From the NCBI RefSeq assembly GCF_009914755.1, contig NC_060931.1: DNA of 64,000 nt; one strand, given 5' to 3'. The position numbers and the translations under genes are program-made. Positions 1 to 14,762 of the stretch are shown here, piece by piece. Source of the stretch: the human T2T-CHM13v2.0 reference genome, Homo sapiens. Under the pieces are notes generated by a model. That model was not told where the DNA came from. It saw only the letters and a list, made by a program, of their open reading frames with translations, and searched no databases. How positions within the stretch are numbered: position 1 is the first letter of the stretch; each line of letters starts with the position of its first letter.

Positions 1-704
1 GATTCCTTTCTCCAGAGTGACCTCAAAAATTCATTCTAATCAAGAGACTAATGTTATCCTTACTGTGAATGCTTAGCAAATTAAATTATTTCACTCTTCA
101 CTGAATAAATACAGTGATTCCCAAAAACTTTAAGTAAATGTGTTGGAAATGAATTATTGATGAGATCTCATAAATACCAACTTAATGATGTGTAATTGCT
201 TAATTTAGAACATTTACCTGGTTAATACAATAAAGCTCCTTATATTTTAAATTTTTCTAGTCATTCTATTCAATTTTCTTTGACAATAAAGGTGTTATGG
301 AACTTCTGCCTAATTCAAACCCACAAATACAGTGTAGGCCACAGTTTTCATGCTGAGTGAGCATAGGAAGAGGCCCTTTATTTTCTATCAACATGTGTGA
401 TGAATTAGCCATTTGGCCCATAAACATAATCCACATTTGCTAGAAAATCTAAGTAGACAAGCTTGATTACATCTGAGGCTTAAACCTCAAGCCGAGTGGG
501 CACTAACATATCCATTTGCAATTTATAAGAGATATGAAGATATATATCAGCTTTCTTTGTCTTAAAAATGTTCTGCCTTCTGATACAGACCTTAAAAAAT
601 ACTGATCAAGTTGGGCTTTCCTCATATTAAAAGACCAAATACAAAAAGCAATTTTTATAATATTGGAAAGCATTTTTCATGTTCATTAACAAGTAACATG
701 TGTG

Positions 705-786
705 ATAATTCATTTGCATATATATATATCTGCTTAGAATATGAACCATAATTAATTTGCTTATATATATGTGCTTAGAATATACC
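705..786. repeat. Two-copy tandem duplication (~40-43 bp unit)
   Basis: ataattcatttgcatatatatatatctgcttagaatatgaacc is followed by ataattaatttgcttatatatatgtgcttagaatatacc. Confidence 0.8.
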
Positions 787-3700
787 ATTACTTAATGTTA
801 TTTGGTATGCTGAGAATTCAAAATTTAAAAGCATCAATTAAAAGAGTAAAAATTTTATTGAACAAATAGAAACTTAAGTAACTTTATCTTTGGGCCAGAG
901 AGTAAAATAAGTTAAATACATAATGTCATATAAAGTTTTTCTTAAAACATATTTTTATTAGGACTATTTTTAAATGTTTTTTCTCTAAAAAGACTTTCTG
1001 AAAGCCGAAAATAGTTTCTAGTTAATGTTTACCATCCATAAGTAACACAGGATCTTAGAATAACAATCTTTTTTAATAACTATTGTTTTTATAAATTAAT
1101 ACATTACAAAAAAATCAAGCAATTTTAAAAATGAAGACCATAAAATGTTTCTTTCTATCAGTTCTTTTTAGTAATAACTTTAGTGTTTTGTAAGTTAACC
1201 CATACTGATTGGATAAAAACCCAGGGAACAGTGTAAAATATTTCTCTTGTGTTTTGATAGCATTTTCTAGAAAAGTACTTTTATGTTTCTGTTTCTCAAG
1301 CTCTTTCCCACTGGCTCTTCTCTACCCTGCCCACTGCTCTCTCCTTCACCATTTTATAGAAATAGAATCACACAATGCATCTTGCTTTGTAAGATTTTTT
1401 ATTCAAAATATTAAGAAACACTTATAATCCCAGATTCACATTTTTATGCTAAATGATTGTTATATATTTGTTTGTAATTTAATTAACTAATAAATTTTGG
1501 ACAGATAATTATTCAAAACATAAGAGTGATTGTCAAATTTTCTCATGCATTTATATACACATACTGGTATGATTATATATTTTATTTAAGTATAAAATTA
1601 AGACAAATGGATCAGAGTCATTGTACATGTTATGTTCAGTTACATATTTATAAATGTTCACACATGAAGGCTGAACAATCTACATGCCCACCAACAGGAG
1701 TTAAAAGGTCACTCTCCTCATACTTTCTCAAAAACTGGATTTGTTCAATATTTTCCATTTCTATCAACTTTAGAAGTTTTACATGTTTTTTGAGAAGATT
1801 GCACAATTATCAAGTATTTTAATTCCTAATGAACTCTCAATACCCTTTATGAAACTTGGGCTAAGTTTCTTTCTCCACTGATATTTTCTTCCCACCTAAT
1901 ATTTATTTGAGCTATTCACATACTATCAAATTCATTCTTTTAAAGTGTGCAATTTAGTGGTCGTTAGTGTTTTCACATGACTGGTCAGTCATCGGCACTA
2001 TTTAATTCCAGATTATTTTTAGCACCCTAAGAAGAAATAGGCACCCATTAACACTAACGTTCCATTAGCCCCTTTCCCCAGGTCCTGGTGAAAACTAACC
2101 TACTTTCTGTCTCTACAGATTTTTCTATTCCAGATATTTTACATAAATGTGGCTTTTTGTGTCTGGCTTCTCTCAATTAATGTGATGCTTTTGAAATTTT
2201 TCTGTGTTGTAGCATGCATCATTACTTTATTCATTTTTATGCTTGAATGCTATTCTATTGTATAGATATAACACATTTTAATCCATTTATTAGTTTATAG
2301 ATATTTAGATTGTTTCTAAATTTGGCAATTATAAATAATGCTAATAGGACCATTTGTGTGTGTCTTGTGTAAACATACATTTTTAGTCTTTTTTATTATA
2401 TAACAGTGGAATTACTGGGTCATATGATAACTCCACATTTCACTTTATGAGGAACTGCAAACAATTTTCAAAGGACTGGGCCGTTTTCTATTCCCACTAG
2501 CAAGACATAAGATTTCCAGTTTCTCCATATCCTTGCCAACATTTGCTGTTTTACTTTTTGATTATAGCCATCCTAGTGGGTGTAAAGTTGTATCTCACTG
2601 TGATTTTGATTGGTACATCCTTAAAGATGTTGAGTGTCTTTTCATAATCGTATTGGGAAAATACATCCTCTTTGGAGAAATATATATTCAAATCCTTTCA
2701 TCATTTAAAAAATTTGGTTACCTGTCTTATTATTTTGTTGTAAGAGCTCTTCATATATTCTAGATACGAATTTCAAATTATATTTTGCAAATATGTTCTC
2801 TCATTTTGTGGACTGTCTTTTCACTTTGAAAGTATCTCTGGTAGCAGTAACATTTGTAAAAGTTAGCATAAATTGCAATTTGATCTTTATTTTTCTTTTG
2901 TTGCTTGTGTTTTAGGTGTCACAACTAAGAAACCACTGCCTAATCCACAGTCAAAAATATTTGCACCTATATTTTCTTGTAAAAATCTTATAGTTTTAGC
3001 TATGTTCTTTGGGTAAATGGCCCAGATTCACTTATTTCCACATGGATATACATTTTGCAGGAACCAACGGTTGAAAAGATTATTGTTTCTCCATTAAATT
3101 GTTTCAGTGTCCTCATCAACATTCAATTATCTATAAATATATGTGTTTAATTTTGGACAATCTATTCTAATCAATGATGTTATGTCTAACATTATACCAT
3201 TAGCACATAGTATTAATTACTATAGATTGGTAGTCAGTTTTGAAATTGGAAAGTGTGAGTTATCCAAATTTGTTTTTCTTTCTCAAAGTTGTTTTGACTA
3301 TTCTGGATTTCTTAAATTTTCATATGAATCTTAGAATCAATTTGTCAATTTTCGACAACCACAGCAAAAAGTCACCGGATATTTTGATCGGAATTTCATT
3401 AAATCTGTAGCTGCATTTTGGTAGTATTGCAATCTTAACGATATTAATTCTTTCAGTACAAGAAAACAGACTCTTTTTTTTAATCTTAGGCACTTTGTAC
3501 GTTATTTCAATAATGTTTTGTGTACTCTTACTAAACAAGTGTATAATTTTGCACTTGTTCTGTTAAGTTTCTATGTAAGTATTTTATCCTTTTGTGATAT
3601 TTCAATACTTTTTTACTTTTATTTTCTGAATTTTAATTTCAAGGGTATAAAAATACAATTGATTTTTGCATACTGATCTCCTCTCTTGCTTCTTTCTGGA

Positions 3701-6156
3701 ACTTGTATGTTAGCATTACTAGTTTGTTACTGAATTACTTAAGCGTGTTTATTTATATCATTTGCATCATTCTAAAATATATAGTTCTACTACTTTATTT
3801 CCAATTTGGATAGCTGTTATATACATATTTTTTATTGGGGGAGTTAATTGCCCTGGCTAGAACTACCAATAAGATGTTGAACAGAAATGATAAAAGAGGA
3901 TATCATTGTCTTGTTCCTGATCTAAAAAGGAAAGATCCCTATATTTTAACATAAAACATGTTGTTATCTGTGGGTTTTTCGTAAGTGACTGTTGTCATAT
4001 AGTGGCAGTTGCCTTATATTCATAGTTTGGTAATTGCTTTTATCATTAAACAATGTTGGGTTGTGTCAATTTTTTTCTGTATTTATTGAGATGACAATGT
4101 GGTTTTTGTCCCACTCATGGTATATATGATTTGTTACTGTGGTGTTATATTAAATGATTTTTGTATGTTGAACCAATCTTGCTTTCTTGAGACAAATGCC
4201 ACTTGGACATGGTATATATTCTAATTCACATGTTGCTAAATTTAGTTTGCTAGTATTTTGGGGAAAGGTATTGCTTCCATATTAATGAAGCATATTGGTC
4301 AATCAGTATATTTCCTTGTGGTTTCCTTGTCTGTTTTTGGTGTCAGAATAATGTTGGCCTCATAGAAAGAATCAGGAATTGTTTCTTCCTTTTCTATTTT
4401 TCAGAAGAATTTATTTAAGTTGTTGATTTTACTATGAACCTTTGTTAGATTTCCCTAGTTAACCTATCTAAGCCTGTATGTTTCTTTGTGGAAAGTTTTA
4501 TTTGTTGTGTTTTTTCAAATTACAAATTAAGCCTCTTGTTTTGTGTGTACTATGATTTTCTTTATATTTTTCACTCAGTTTTGATAGCTTGCACCTGTCT
4601 AAAAATTTGTCCATTTTATATATCTAGTTTGTTGCCAAATAATTGTATATGACATCCCCATATAATCATTTTTATTCCTGTAAAGTCCATGGTAATAGCC
4701 CTATTTTATTCATGAATTTGGCAGATTAAGTCTTCTCTCCATTGTTCTTGGTCAGTCAGTCTTAATAAAACTTGTTGATTTTTACAAAGGGCCAACTTTT
4801 AGTTGTTTAGTTGTTTTTACCTTTTCTAACTCATTCATTTCTGCTCTTATATATATTATGTCCTTCCTTATGCTTGCTGTGGGTTTAGTTTGCTCTTCTT
4901 TTTCCAATTTTCTGTAGTAGAAATCTAGCTATTAATTTCAGATATGTGCTTTTTCAATATATTTATTTATAGCTACAAATTTCCTTCCAAACACTTCTTT
5001 GAGTGTGTCTCAAAAGTTTGGTAAGATGTGCTTTAATTTTAATCCATCTCAGAGTAGTTCTAATTTCTTTTGTGAGTTCTTATTTGATAAATTGCTTATT
5101 TAGGAATCTGTTCTTTTATTTCTAATTATCTGTGAATTTTTAATATTATCTTGTTATTGATTTCTGATTTATTCCATTGTGGTCAGAGAATATACATTTC
5201 ATGATTTCAATGTTTTTAGATATACTAATGTTTGTTTTACAATCTGACATAGCCTATTCTGTAGAATGTTATACCTGCAGAGGAATATATATTCTCTTGT
5301 TGTTGGGTAAAGTGTTCTAGATAACTGTTAGAAGTCTAGTTGGATTATAATATTGTTTAAGTCTCCTATTTTTTATCAATCTATCTAGTCATTCTGTAAA
5401 TTATTGCAAGTAGGGTACTGAAGTCTCCAACTATTATTTATGTCCTTAAATCTATAGTGTTTCTGTTCTAAAGAGATTATAGTTTGGATCATATTTATAT
5501 TTTTTCTGCCCACCTCTGCCTTTTAATTTTAGTGTTTATATCGTTGACACAGTATAATTACTTATACTGTTGAAGGTATGTCTGCCATTTTATATGTGTT
5601 TCCTATATATTTGCTATATTATTTGTTCCTCTATTCCTCTCATATTGCTTTTATGTTAAATAGATTGTTTCTAGTGTAGCATATTTATTACCTTGTTATA
5701 TGTATTTATTTTAATTATTTTAAGTTTTAAGTTGTTTTCCTGGTGTTTGCCCTTGGGATTAAATTAACGTCTTTCCTTGTAACAATCTAATCCTGATGAA
5801 TATCAATTGATTTTAAACACTATGTAAATCTTTGTTACTATATAGATTTATCCCCTCCCTTCTCTTTTGTTGTTATTGTTATTCAAATTACACCTTTATC
5901 CTATCAACATGTATTTATACTTATTGCTTTGTCTATTTACTTTTAATTGAAAAAAAGGATTACAAGTAAAATGCATGTACATGCCTTCTGTATTTATGTA
6001 GTTTATTTTACTGGTGCTGTTTAATGCTTTCACATGGAATTTAGTTAGTGTCTAGTATTTTTTATAGAAAAATGAAAGATTCCCTTTAATATTTCTCCTA
6101 GGGCAGGTTTGCTAGTGACAGATCTCTCAATTTTTGTCTTGAAATGTCTTAATTTC

Positions 6157-6424
6157 TTTTTTTTTCTTCTTTGAGATAGACTCCCACTCTGTCACCCAGG
6201 CTAGAGTGCAGTGGCACAATCTCCGCTCACTGCAAACTCCACCCTCCAGCTTCAAGCAATTCTCATGCCTCAGCATCCTGAGTAGCTGGGATTACAGGTG
6301 CCCACCAACACACCCAGTAGTTTTTTTGTATTTTCAGTAGAGACAGAGTGCAAGGCTGGTCTTGAACTCCTGCGTCGGCCTCCCAAAGTGCTGGGATTAC
6401 AGGTGTGAGCCACCATTCCCAGCC
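6157..6424 (-). mobile_element. AluS with two small deletions in the left monomer
   Basis: Poly-T tail then gagatagactcccactctgtcacccagg...caccattcccagcc. TSD ttgaaatgtYttaatttct at 6139-6157 and 6426-6444. Confidence 0.95.
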
Positions 6425-6495
6425 ATTGAAATGTTTTAATTTCTCCTTCATTTCTAAAGTGTAGCTTTGCTACACACAGAGTTTCTGGGTGCTAG

Positions 6496-6811
<316 letters not shown>

Positions 6812-8319
6812 TAGTCTTTTTCTTTCACCACTTTGAATATGCCATCCCACTGCTTTCTAATTTTTATGGTTTCTGATGAGAAGCTGGCTATTAATCTTAT
6901 TGTGGATACTTTGTACATGATGAGTTATCTCTCTTGCTGCTAAAAATTATCTTTGTCTTTAGCTATCAGGTTTGTTATGGTGTTTCTACATGTGGCTGTC
7001 TTTGAGTTTATATTTATAGTCTTTTTTAAGATTCTTAGATGTGAAAATTTATGTTTTTCATCAGATTTTGGAATTATTTACAATTATTGTTTGAAATATT
7101 TTTTTCTGCACCTTTTTCTTTTTCCCTTCTGCTGAGACTCTTATAATGTGTATATTGGTATGTCTGATGGTTTCCCACAGGTGTATGAGAATCTGTTTAT
7201 TTATTTTTTATCTTTTTTTCTTTCTGCTCCTCAGACAAGATAAGTATTATATTGTATTCTAGTTGTTTAGACATAATTTGGTTGTTTGAACATACTTTAA
7301 GTAGATGACTTACAGTTTCTTTAGTAAATTCTATATCTCTGCTCCTTTAGGGAAGTTTCTACTGTTTGCTTTGTTGTTTTTCTTTTTTTCTGGAATGGGT
7401 ATACTTTTTCTTTTCATTTCTTGAAAATTGTGCTGAAATGTTAAATCTATCACCTTTAAAATAACATTATATGAAACTCTTGAAATCTGATTTTCTTCCT
7501 TCCCAATATTTTTATACTGCTATTGGTTATTTATTATATTTATTTAATGTCTTTTCTGAAGTGATTCTGTAAAGTCTGTCTTCCTTGTCATATATTGCCA
7601 CTGAAATCTGGGCTGTTTGTTTAGTTGTCATCTAATGATTAACAGACATATTCTTAAATTCCTGGAACCAGTAAGTCTCTCTGTTTTGCTAAGGATCTTA
7701 ATGTGAATGTTGCAAACTACAGCACTCAGCCAGGCAGTTGATAACTCATTTTTATCCTTCATTTTGCTTGGATAAGGATCAAAATAAGCCAGACGTGATA
7801 ATTTAGGACCTACTTAGGATTTTGTTTTTGTTTTTGAGCATGCATACAGCTAGAGAAAGAAGGATCAGATGAGGGCATGTTAAATTTCCTCAAAAATCTT
7901 GTTCTTAGTATAATTCAGCTATTTTTCTTGAATAAATATTCTCTGAGTTGCTGTAAGTCTAAGTTCTTTTTCAGAGTTCTGAAAAAGTTGATTCTGAAAA
8001 ATATCATCAGCTTTCTCATCGGTTTTGTGATTGGGAAAATTTTTGGAGCTATTTATTCCATCATGTATGCTGATGTTTCTACCTTTCAATTGAGTTTTTA
8101 CTGTCTTGTTTCCATGTTATTGTTATTAAGTGGTTTTTAATAGCAAATAGACTTCATTTATGTATTTCTCATTTGTACATTGTTTTTAGCTGAACAAAAT
8201 AGTTTTACTTCTTAACCTGAGAATATTTAGCCCATTCCTACTCCACTCTAGATTGTTTTTTGACACGTTATAAATGTCTTTTTAATAAAGTAATAATAAT
8301 TATTATAACATTATTAGTA

Positions 8320-8490
8320 TCAGTAATTGAGAGTTTTATCTGTGGCAGATATTATGGTAAATAACACATTGAGTTATCTCAATGCTCTCAAAAATTCCAT
8401 TATTATTTTTAATATGTCTATTTTACAGAGGCAAGAACTAAGTCTAGAGAAAATGAGCAAAATAATCATGATCGCTTGACTTATAGTAAG
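8320..8490 (-). mobile_element. MIR fragment
   Basis: ctattttacagaggcaagaactaagtctagaga resembles the MIR core ccattttacagatgaggaaactgaggctcagaga. Confidence 0.55.
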
Positions 8491-8637
8491 CTATAAAGAA
8501 TTTCAACTACTGTGTTATACTATAACTTTTTCTTAAAATGTTTTTTTGTGATTTTATAATCTATAAAGAATTTCAACTACTGTGTTATATCATAACTTTT
8601 TATTAAAATGTTTCTTTTCTGGTTTTTGTGATTTTAT
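8491..8637. repeat. 70-bp tandem duplication (2 copies)
   Basis: ctataaagaatttcaactactgtgttata...aaaatgttt...tttttgtgattttat starts at 8491 and again at 8561. The second copy has a 10-bp insert. Confidence 0.92.
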
Positions 8638-9059
8638 GGCTTTATTTAATTACATATATATTTCTGGTTCATCTGAAATTTACTTTTAAAGGAGTAATTA
8701 AGGATTAATCTTTGTTTTGAAATGGCAAGGTTTTGAATGGCAACTCAACACTATGATTGATTATCCCCTACTTTTCTCACTGTTTTGAAATATTAGTGCA
8801 TTTACTCGTATTTTCTTTTTCACTTTTATCTATTTCTGGACTCTCAATTCTGGTCTATTTATATTTTTGCATGTCTGAATTTATATTATGCTACATGATT
8901 TTCTAGAGAATACTATAAATTAATAATATATTTAAATATTCAGTGAGAATAGTCCACCTTTTAAAATAATTTTTTCCCAAATTTTACTCAGTTTCATCTG
9001 CGAATGATTGGATCAGATCTCTTGAGGATGAAATAACATCTTTATCAAGGGTTCTTAAC

Positions 9060-9110
9060 TGTGTGTCTGTGTGTGTGTGTTTGTGTGTGCGTGTGTGTGT
9101 GTGGTTTGTG
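9060..9110. repeat. (TG)n microsatellite, interrupted
   Basis: Direct reading. Confidence 0.9.
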
Positions 9111-9159
9111 CACACACATTTTACTCAAGGCTTCCTTTCTAAAACTCAGTCAGTTTAAT

Positions 9160-9530
9160 TTGGTATAACTTCACTCCTTCATTTCCAGGCCATGATGTAT
9201 GATTTTATTTCTGAGTCTGACTGTATTTGGGTAGGGTCATAGTGATTTTTCTGGAAGATCAGATATGAACGAAAATGATATCCTTAATTCATAAGAGGCT
9301 AGAATGATTTTTTTCCTCTATGATGGTCACTTGGAATGTTTAATATGATGGTTACTCCAACAGTCTGAATTTCAGAGTGAGGATATTGAAAATAAACCAC
9401 GGGGTGAATTATGATGAATATATTGTGTAAGAAATACATTTTGTAAAAAAGAAATACATTTTGTAATGAGTTTTTACAAGTGTAGGTAGATTGTTTTTTA
9501 AACTCAGGATTTATGCAACTCAGTTAACAG
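9160..9530 (+). mobile_element. Highly decayed MaLR LTR (MLT1I/J-like)
   Basis: gatggttactccaacagtctgaatttcagagtgaggat resembles the MLT1J body; weak match. Confidence 0.35.
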
Positions 9531-9859
9531 GAACAATTTTTCTATTTCCTGGTTTTATTACTTTTTATGCCTGATTTAATTCTTAAATTTAAAATGAAAT
9601 TCCTTTTCTTTTTCAAATTTTATTTTAGCTTCAGAGGGTCCATTAGCACGTTTGTTACATGGGTAAGTTGCATGTCATTGGGGTGTGGTATACAAATGGT
9701 TTCGTCACTCAGGTAGTGAAGATGGTACCCAATAGGTAGCTTTTCAGTCCTCACTTTCCTCCATCCTCCACCCTCAGGTAGGCCTCGGTGTCTGTTGTCT
9801 CCATCTAGTACTCAATGTTTAGCTCCCACTTGTAAGTGAGAACATGTGGTATTTGAATT

Positions 9860-12800
9860 TCTGTTTTTGCATTCATTTGCTTAGGAAAATAGTCTCCAGC
9901 TACATTCATGTTCCTGAAAAAGACAGGATCTCATTCTTTTTATGGTTGCATAATATTCCAATGTTTCTTAGTGTGTGTATATCATATTTGTTTTGTTCAG
10001 TCTACAGTTGATGGGCATCTAGGTTGATTCCATGTCTTTGCTATCATTAATAGTGCTCTGATGAATATAGAAGTGAATGTGTCTTTTGGTAGAATAATTT
10101 ATATTCCTTTGGGTGTATATCTAACTATGGAATTGCAGGGTCAAATGGTAGTTATGTTTTAAGTTCTTTGAGATATCTCCAAGCTGCTTTCCACAGTGGC
10201 TGAACTGATATACATTCTCACAAACACTGTATACATGTTCCCTTTTCTCTGAGATGTGGCCAACATATATTATTTTTTTGACTTTTTATAAATAGCCATT
10301 ATGACTCATGTTAGATGGTATCCCACTGTGGTGCTGATTTGCATTTTTCTAGTGATGAGTCATGATGAGCATTTTTTCCTGTCTTTTGGCCACTTTATGT
10401 GTTCCCTTGAGATATGTCTGTTCATTTCTTTTGCCCTCTTTTTAACAAGGTTATTTGTTTTTTGCTTATTGATTTGTTTAAACTCCTTATACATTTTGAA
10501 TATTAGAACTTTGTTGGTTGCATAATTTCTGAATATTTTCTCCCATTCTATAGGTTGATGATAGTTGTTGATGATATTTGTTGATGATAGTTTCATTGGT
10601 CGTGCAGAAGCTCTGTCGGTTAATTAGGTCCTACTCGTATATTTTTGTTTTAGTTGCAATGCCTTTGGGAGACTTCATAAAAAAATATGTGGTAAAGCCT
10701 ACATCCAAAGGACATTTCCTAGGTTTTCTACAAGGGTTTTTACAGTGTTAGGTGTTACACTTAAGTCTTTAATTCATTTGAGTCAATTTATGTATACGGT
10801 GTAAGGAAGGGGTCCAGTTTCAATCTTCTGCTTATGGCTAGCCAGTAGTCCCATCACCATTTATTGATTAGAGATTCATTTTCTCATAGTTTATTATTGT
10901 AGACTTTGTTGGAGATCAGATTTTTGTGGGTTTGTGGCTTTATTTGTGGGTTCTCTAACCTGTTCCATTAGTCTATATATCTGCTTTAGTACCAGTACCA
11001 GCACCATGCTATAGTACTGTAGCATTGTAATATAGATTGAACTCAAGTAGTGTGATGCCTCCAGCTTTTGTTTTTGTGTGTGTATGTGTGTGTATGTGAT
11101 TTTTTTTCTCAGTATTGTTTTGGCTATTTGGGCTCTTTTTTGGTTGCACATGAATTTTAGAATAGGTTTTTTTCCTAATTCTGTGAAAACTTATGTTGGT
11201 AGATTGATAGAAACAGCCTTGAATGTGTAAACTACTTTGCACAGTATGACCATTTTAACAATGTTGATTCTTCTTATCCCTTAAAACGGATTGTGTTTCC
11301 ATGTGTTTGTGTCATCTCTGATTTCTTTCAGCAGTGTTTTGTAATTCTCATTGTAGAGATCTTTCACCTCCCTGGTTAGCTGTATTTCTGGATATTTAAT
11401 TCTTTTTGTGGCTATTGTGAATGGGATTCTGTTCTTGATTTGGCTCCCAACTTGGACATTATAGGTGTACAGAAATGCTACTGATATTTGTACATTGATT
11501 TTGTATCCTGAAACTGCACTGAAATTGGTTAACAGTTTTAGGAGCCTTTGGGCAGAGACTGTTGGGTTTTTTAAGTATAGAATAATACCATCTGCAAACA
11601 CAGATAGTTTGACTTCTTCTCTTCCTATATGGATGACTTTTGTTTATTTCTCTTCCCTGATTACCCTGGCTAGGACTTCCCATACTATGTTGAATAGAGT
11701 GGTGAGAGAGGTCATCCTTGTCTTGCTCTGGTTCTCTAGGTGAATATTTCCAGCTTTTAGCCATTCAGTGTAATGTTGGCTGTGGGTTAGTCATAGATGG
11801 CTCTTATAATTTTGAGGTAAGTCCTTTTGATGTCTAGTTTGTTAAGTGTTTTTAACATGAAGAAATGCTGTATTTTATTGAAAGCTTTTTCTGTGTCTAT
11901 TGAGATGATTATGTAGTTTTTATTTTTAGTTCTGTTTATGCAATGAATCATATTGATTTGCATGTGTTGAACCAAACTTGCATCCCAGAATTAAAGCCTC
12001 CTTGGTCTTAGTGGTTTAGCTTTCCGAGGTGCTGTTGGATACATTTTACTAGTATTTTGCAGAGGATTTTTGCGTCTATGTTCATCAGAGATATTGGCCT
12101 AAAGCTTCGTTTTTTCAGGGTATCTCTGTTAGATTCAGTATCAGAATGATGCTGACCTCATAGAATGAGTAAAGGAGGAATCCCTTCTCCTTGATTTTTT
12201 GGAATACTTTCAGTAGGATTGGTACCAGGTTTTTTTAATATGCCTGGTAGGATTCAGCTGTCAATCCAACTGGTCCAGGGTTTTTTTCGTTTTTTTTTTT
12301 TTTTTTGATTGGTAGGTTTTTCAATTCTGGTTTATTTGTGGAAATCATTATTGGTCTATCCAGAATTTCAGCTTCTTCCTGCTTCAATCTTGGGATGTTG
12401 TGTGTTTCCAGGAATTTATCCATGTTTTCTGTATAGTTTGTGTGCACAGAGGTGCTCATAATATTATCTGAGGATTATTTTGTATTTATTTGACATCATC
12501 CATAATGTCACCTTTTTTATTTCTGATTTTGTTTATTGGAATCAACTCTGTTTTTTCTTTATTATTCTAGCTCGCAGTTTATCAATCTTATTTATTCTTT
12601 CTAACAAACCAACTTTGGTTTCCTTGGTATTTTATATGAATTTTCTCATCTCAATTTTTTTCAGTTCAACTCAGATTTGGTTATTTCTTTTCTTCTGGTA
12701 GCTTTGTGGTTGGTTTCCTGCAGATTTTTTAGTTTCCCTAGGTATGATGTTAAGTTCTTTATTTAAAATAGTTTTAAATACTTGATGTAGAGATTTAGTG

Positions 12801-13685
12801 CTGTAACCTTTCGTCTTAACATTGCTTTAGCTCTGTTCCCGACATTCTGGTATGTTGCACCTTTGTTTTCATTAGTTTCAAATAATTTCTTGACTTCTGC
12901 CTTAATTTCATTGCTTAACCCCAAATCATTCAGGATCAAGTTGTTTAATTTTCATGTAATTCTATAGTTTTGAGAGATCTTAATGGTATTGATTACTTTT
13001 ATTGTACTGTAGTCTGACAGTTTGGTTGGTATAATTTCAGTGGTTTCGAAATTGTTGAGACTTTCTTTATGGCCAAGTGAGTGGTTGATCTTGCAGATGA
13101 AAAGAAAGAGTTTTCTGTTGCTGTTGGGTGGAGTATTCTGTAGATGTCTTTTAGGTCCTTTTGTCAAGTGTTGAGGTAAGGTCCAAAATATATTTCTTTG
13201 TTTTCTGCCTTGGTGATCGGTTTAACACTGTTGGTGGGTTGTTGAAGTTTCCCACTATTATTTTGTGGTTATCTAAGTCTTTGTAGGTCTCTAAGAACTT
13301 GCTTTATGAATCTGGGCGCTCCAGTTTGTGTGCATATGTATTTAGCATCCTACGATGTTAAATCTTCTTGTTGAATTGAACACTTTACCATGACATTATA
13401 CCCATGTTTGTCCTTTTTCATTGTTGTTGGTTTAATGTCTGTTTTATCTGAAATAAGATTAGAACCCCCTGCTCATTTTTCTTTTTTGTTTGCTTGACAA
13501 ATATTTCTTCCTCCCTTTACTTTGAGCCTAAGGATGTCATTGCATGTGAGATGGGTCTCTTGAAACCAGCATACTATTGAGTGTTGCTTATTCATCAAAC
13601 TTGGTACTCTGTGTCTTTTAAGTGGGGCCTTCAGCCATTTACATTCAAGGTAAATATTGATAAGTGAGGATTTCTTCTTATCATC
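9860..13685 (-). pseudogene. L1 ORF2 (endonuclease/reverse transcriptase), disrupted
   Basis: ORF-track fragments 11281-11601 (FADG in place of FADD; [19 protein letters not shown]), 11787-11975 ([15 protein letters not shown]), 12235-12459 and 10360-10596. Many stops and frameshifts. Confidence 0.9.
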
Positions 13686-13754
13686 ATGTTGTTAGCTGAT
13701 TGTATTGTAGACTTGATTGTATATAGTTGCTTTATAGTGTCAGTGTGCTATGTA

Positions 13755-14762
13755 TTTAGGTGTGTTTTTGTGTTGACAGGTAATGGTCTTTTGTTTCCAT
13801 GTTTACTACTCCCTGAGGACCTCTTTTAAGGTAAGTCTGGTGTTAATGAATTCCCTTAGCGTTTTCTTCTTTGGAAAGAATTTTATTTCTCCATTGCTAA
13901 TCTGCTTAGTTTGACAGGATATGAAGTTCTTGGTTGAAATTTCTCTTTTATGAGGATGCTGAATATCGGCCCCCAATCTCTTCCAACTTGCAAGGTTTCT
14001 GCGGAGAAGTCTGCTGTTAGTCTGATAGGCTTCCCTGTGTAGATGACCTCCCTCTTCTCTCTAGCTGCCTTTAAGACTTTTTCTTTTGTGTTGATTTTGA
14101 AGAATCTCATGAATATGTGTTTTGAGGAATGTCAATCTCATGACTATATGTCTTGAGGTATAGTATTTTGCAGGGGTTCTCTGAATTTCCTGAATTAGTA
14201 TGTCCACTTCTCTAGCGAGGTTGGGGAAATCTTCATGGACAATATCTTTAAATATGTTTTCCAAATTGTTTGCTGTCTGTCCATCTCATTCAGGAATGCC
14301 AATTAGTTTTATGTTTAGTCCGTTTATATAATTTCATATTTCTTGCAGGTTTTGTTCATTTCTTAACAATCTATCTATTTTTTTTCTGCCTGTGTTGATT
14401 TGAAGGAGCAGTCTTCAAGCTCTGAATTTTATTCTTCAGCTTGATTGATTCTATTATTATTTCCAATTGCATTCTGAAATACCTGTAGAGAATATTCATT
14501 TTCATAAGTTCAGTTTTGTTCTTTCTTAAAATGATCATATTATCTTTTAACTCTTGGACCACTTTACTTTTTTCCTTGAATTTGATTGCAACCTTCTCTA
14601 TGTCAAGCTTCCTTGCCATCTAGATTCTGAATTCTATGTCTGTCACTTCAGCCATTTCAGTTTGGTTAACGACCTTTCCTGGAGAGCTTCAGGTTCATGT
14701 AGAAGAAATGAGGCACTCTGGCTTTTAGAGTTGCCAGAGTTCTTACACTGGTTCTTTCTCAT
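13755..14762 (-). pseudogene. L1 ORF1 (RNA-binding chaperone), disrupted
   Basis: ATG at 14762 reads MRKNQCKNSGNSKSQSA. Fragments 14061-14264 (ENIFKDIVHEDFPNLAR) and 13883-14110 (KEKVLKAAREK...PIRLTADFSAETLQ). Confidence 0.88.
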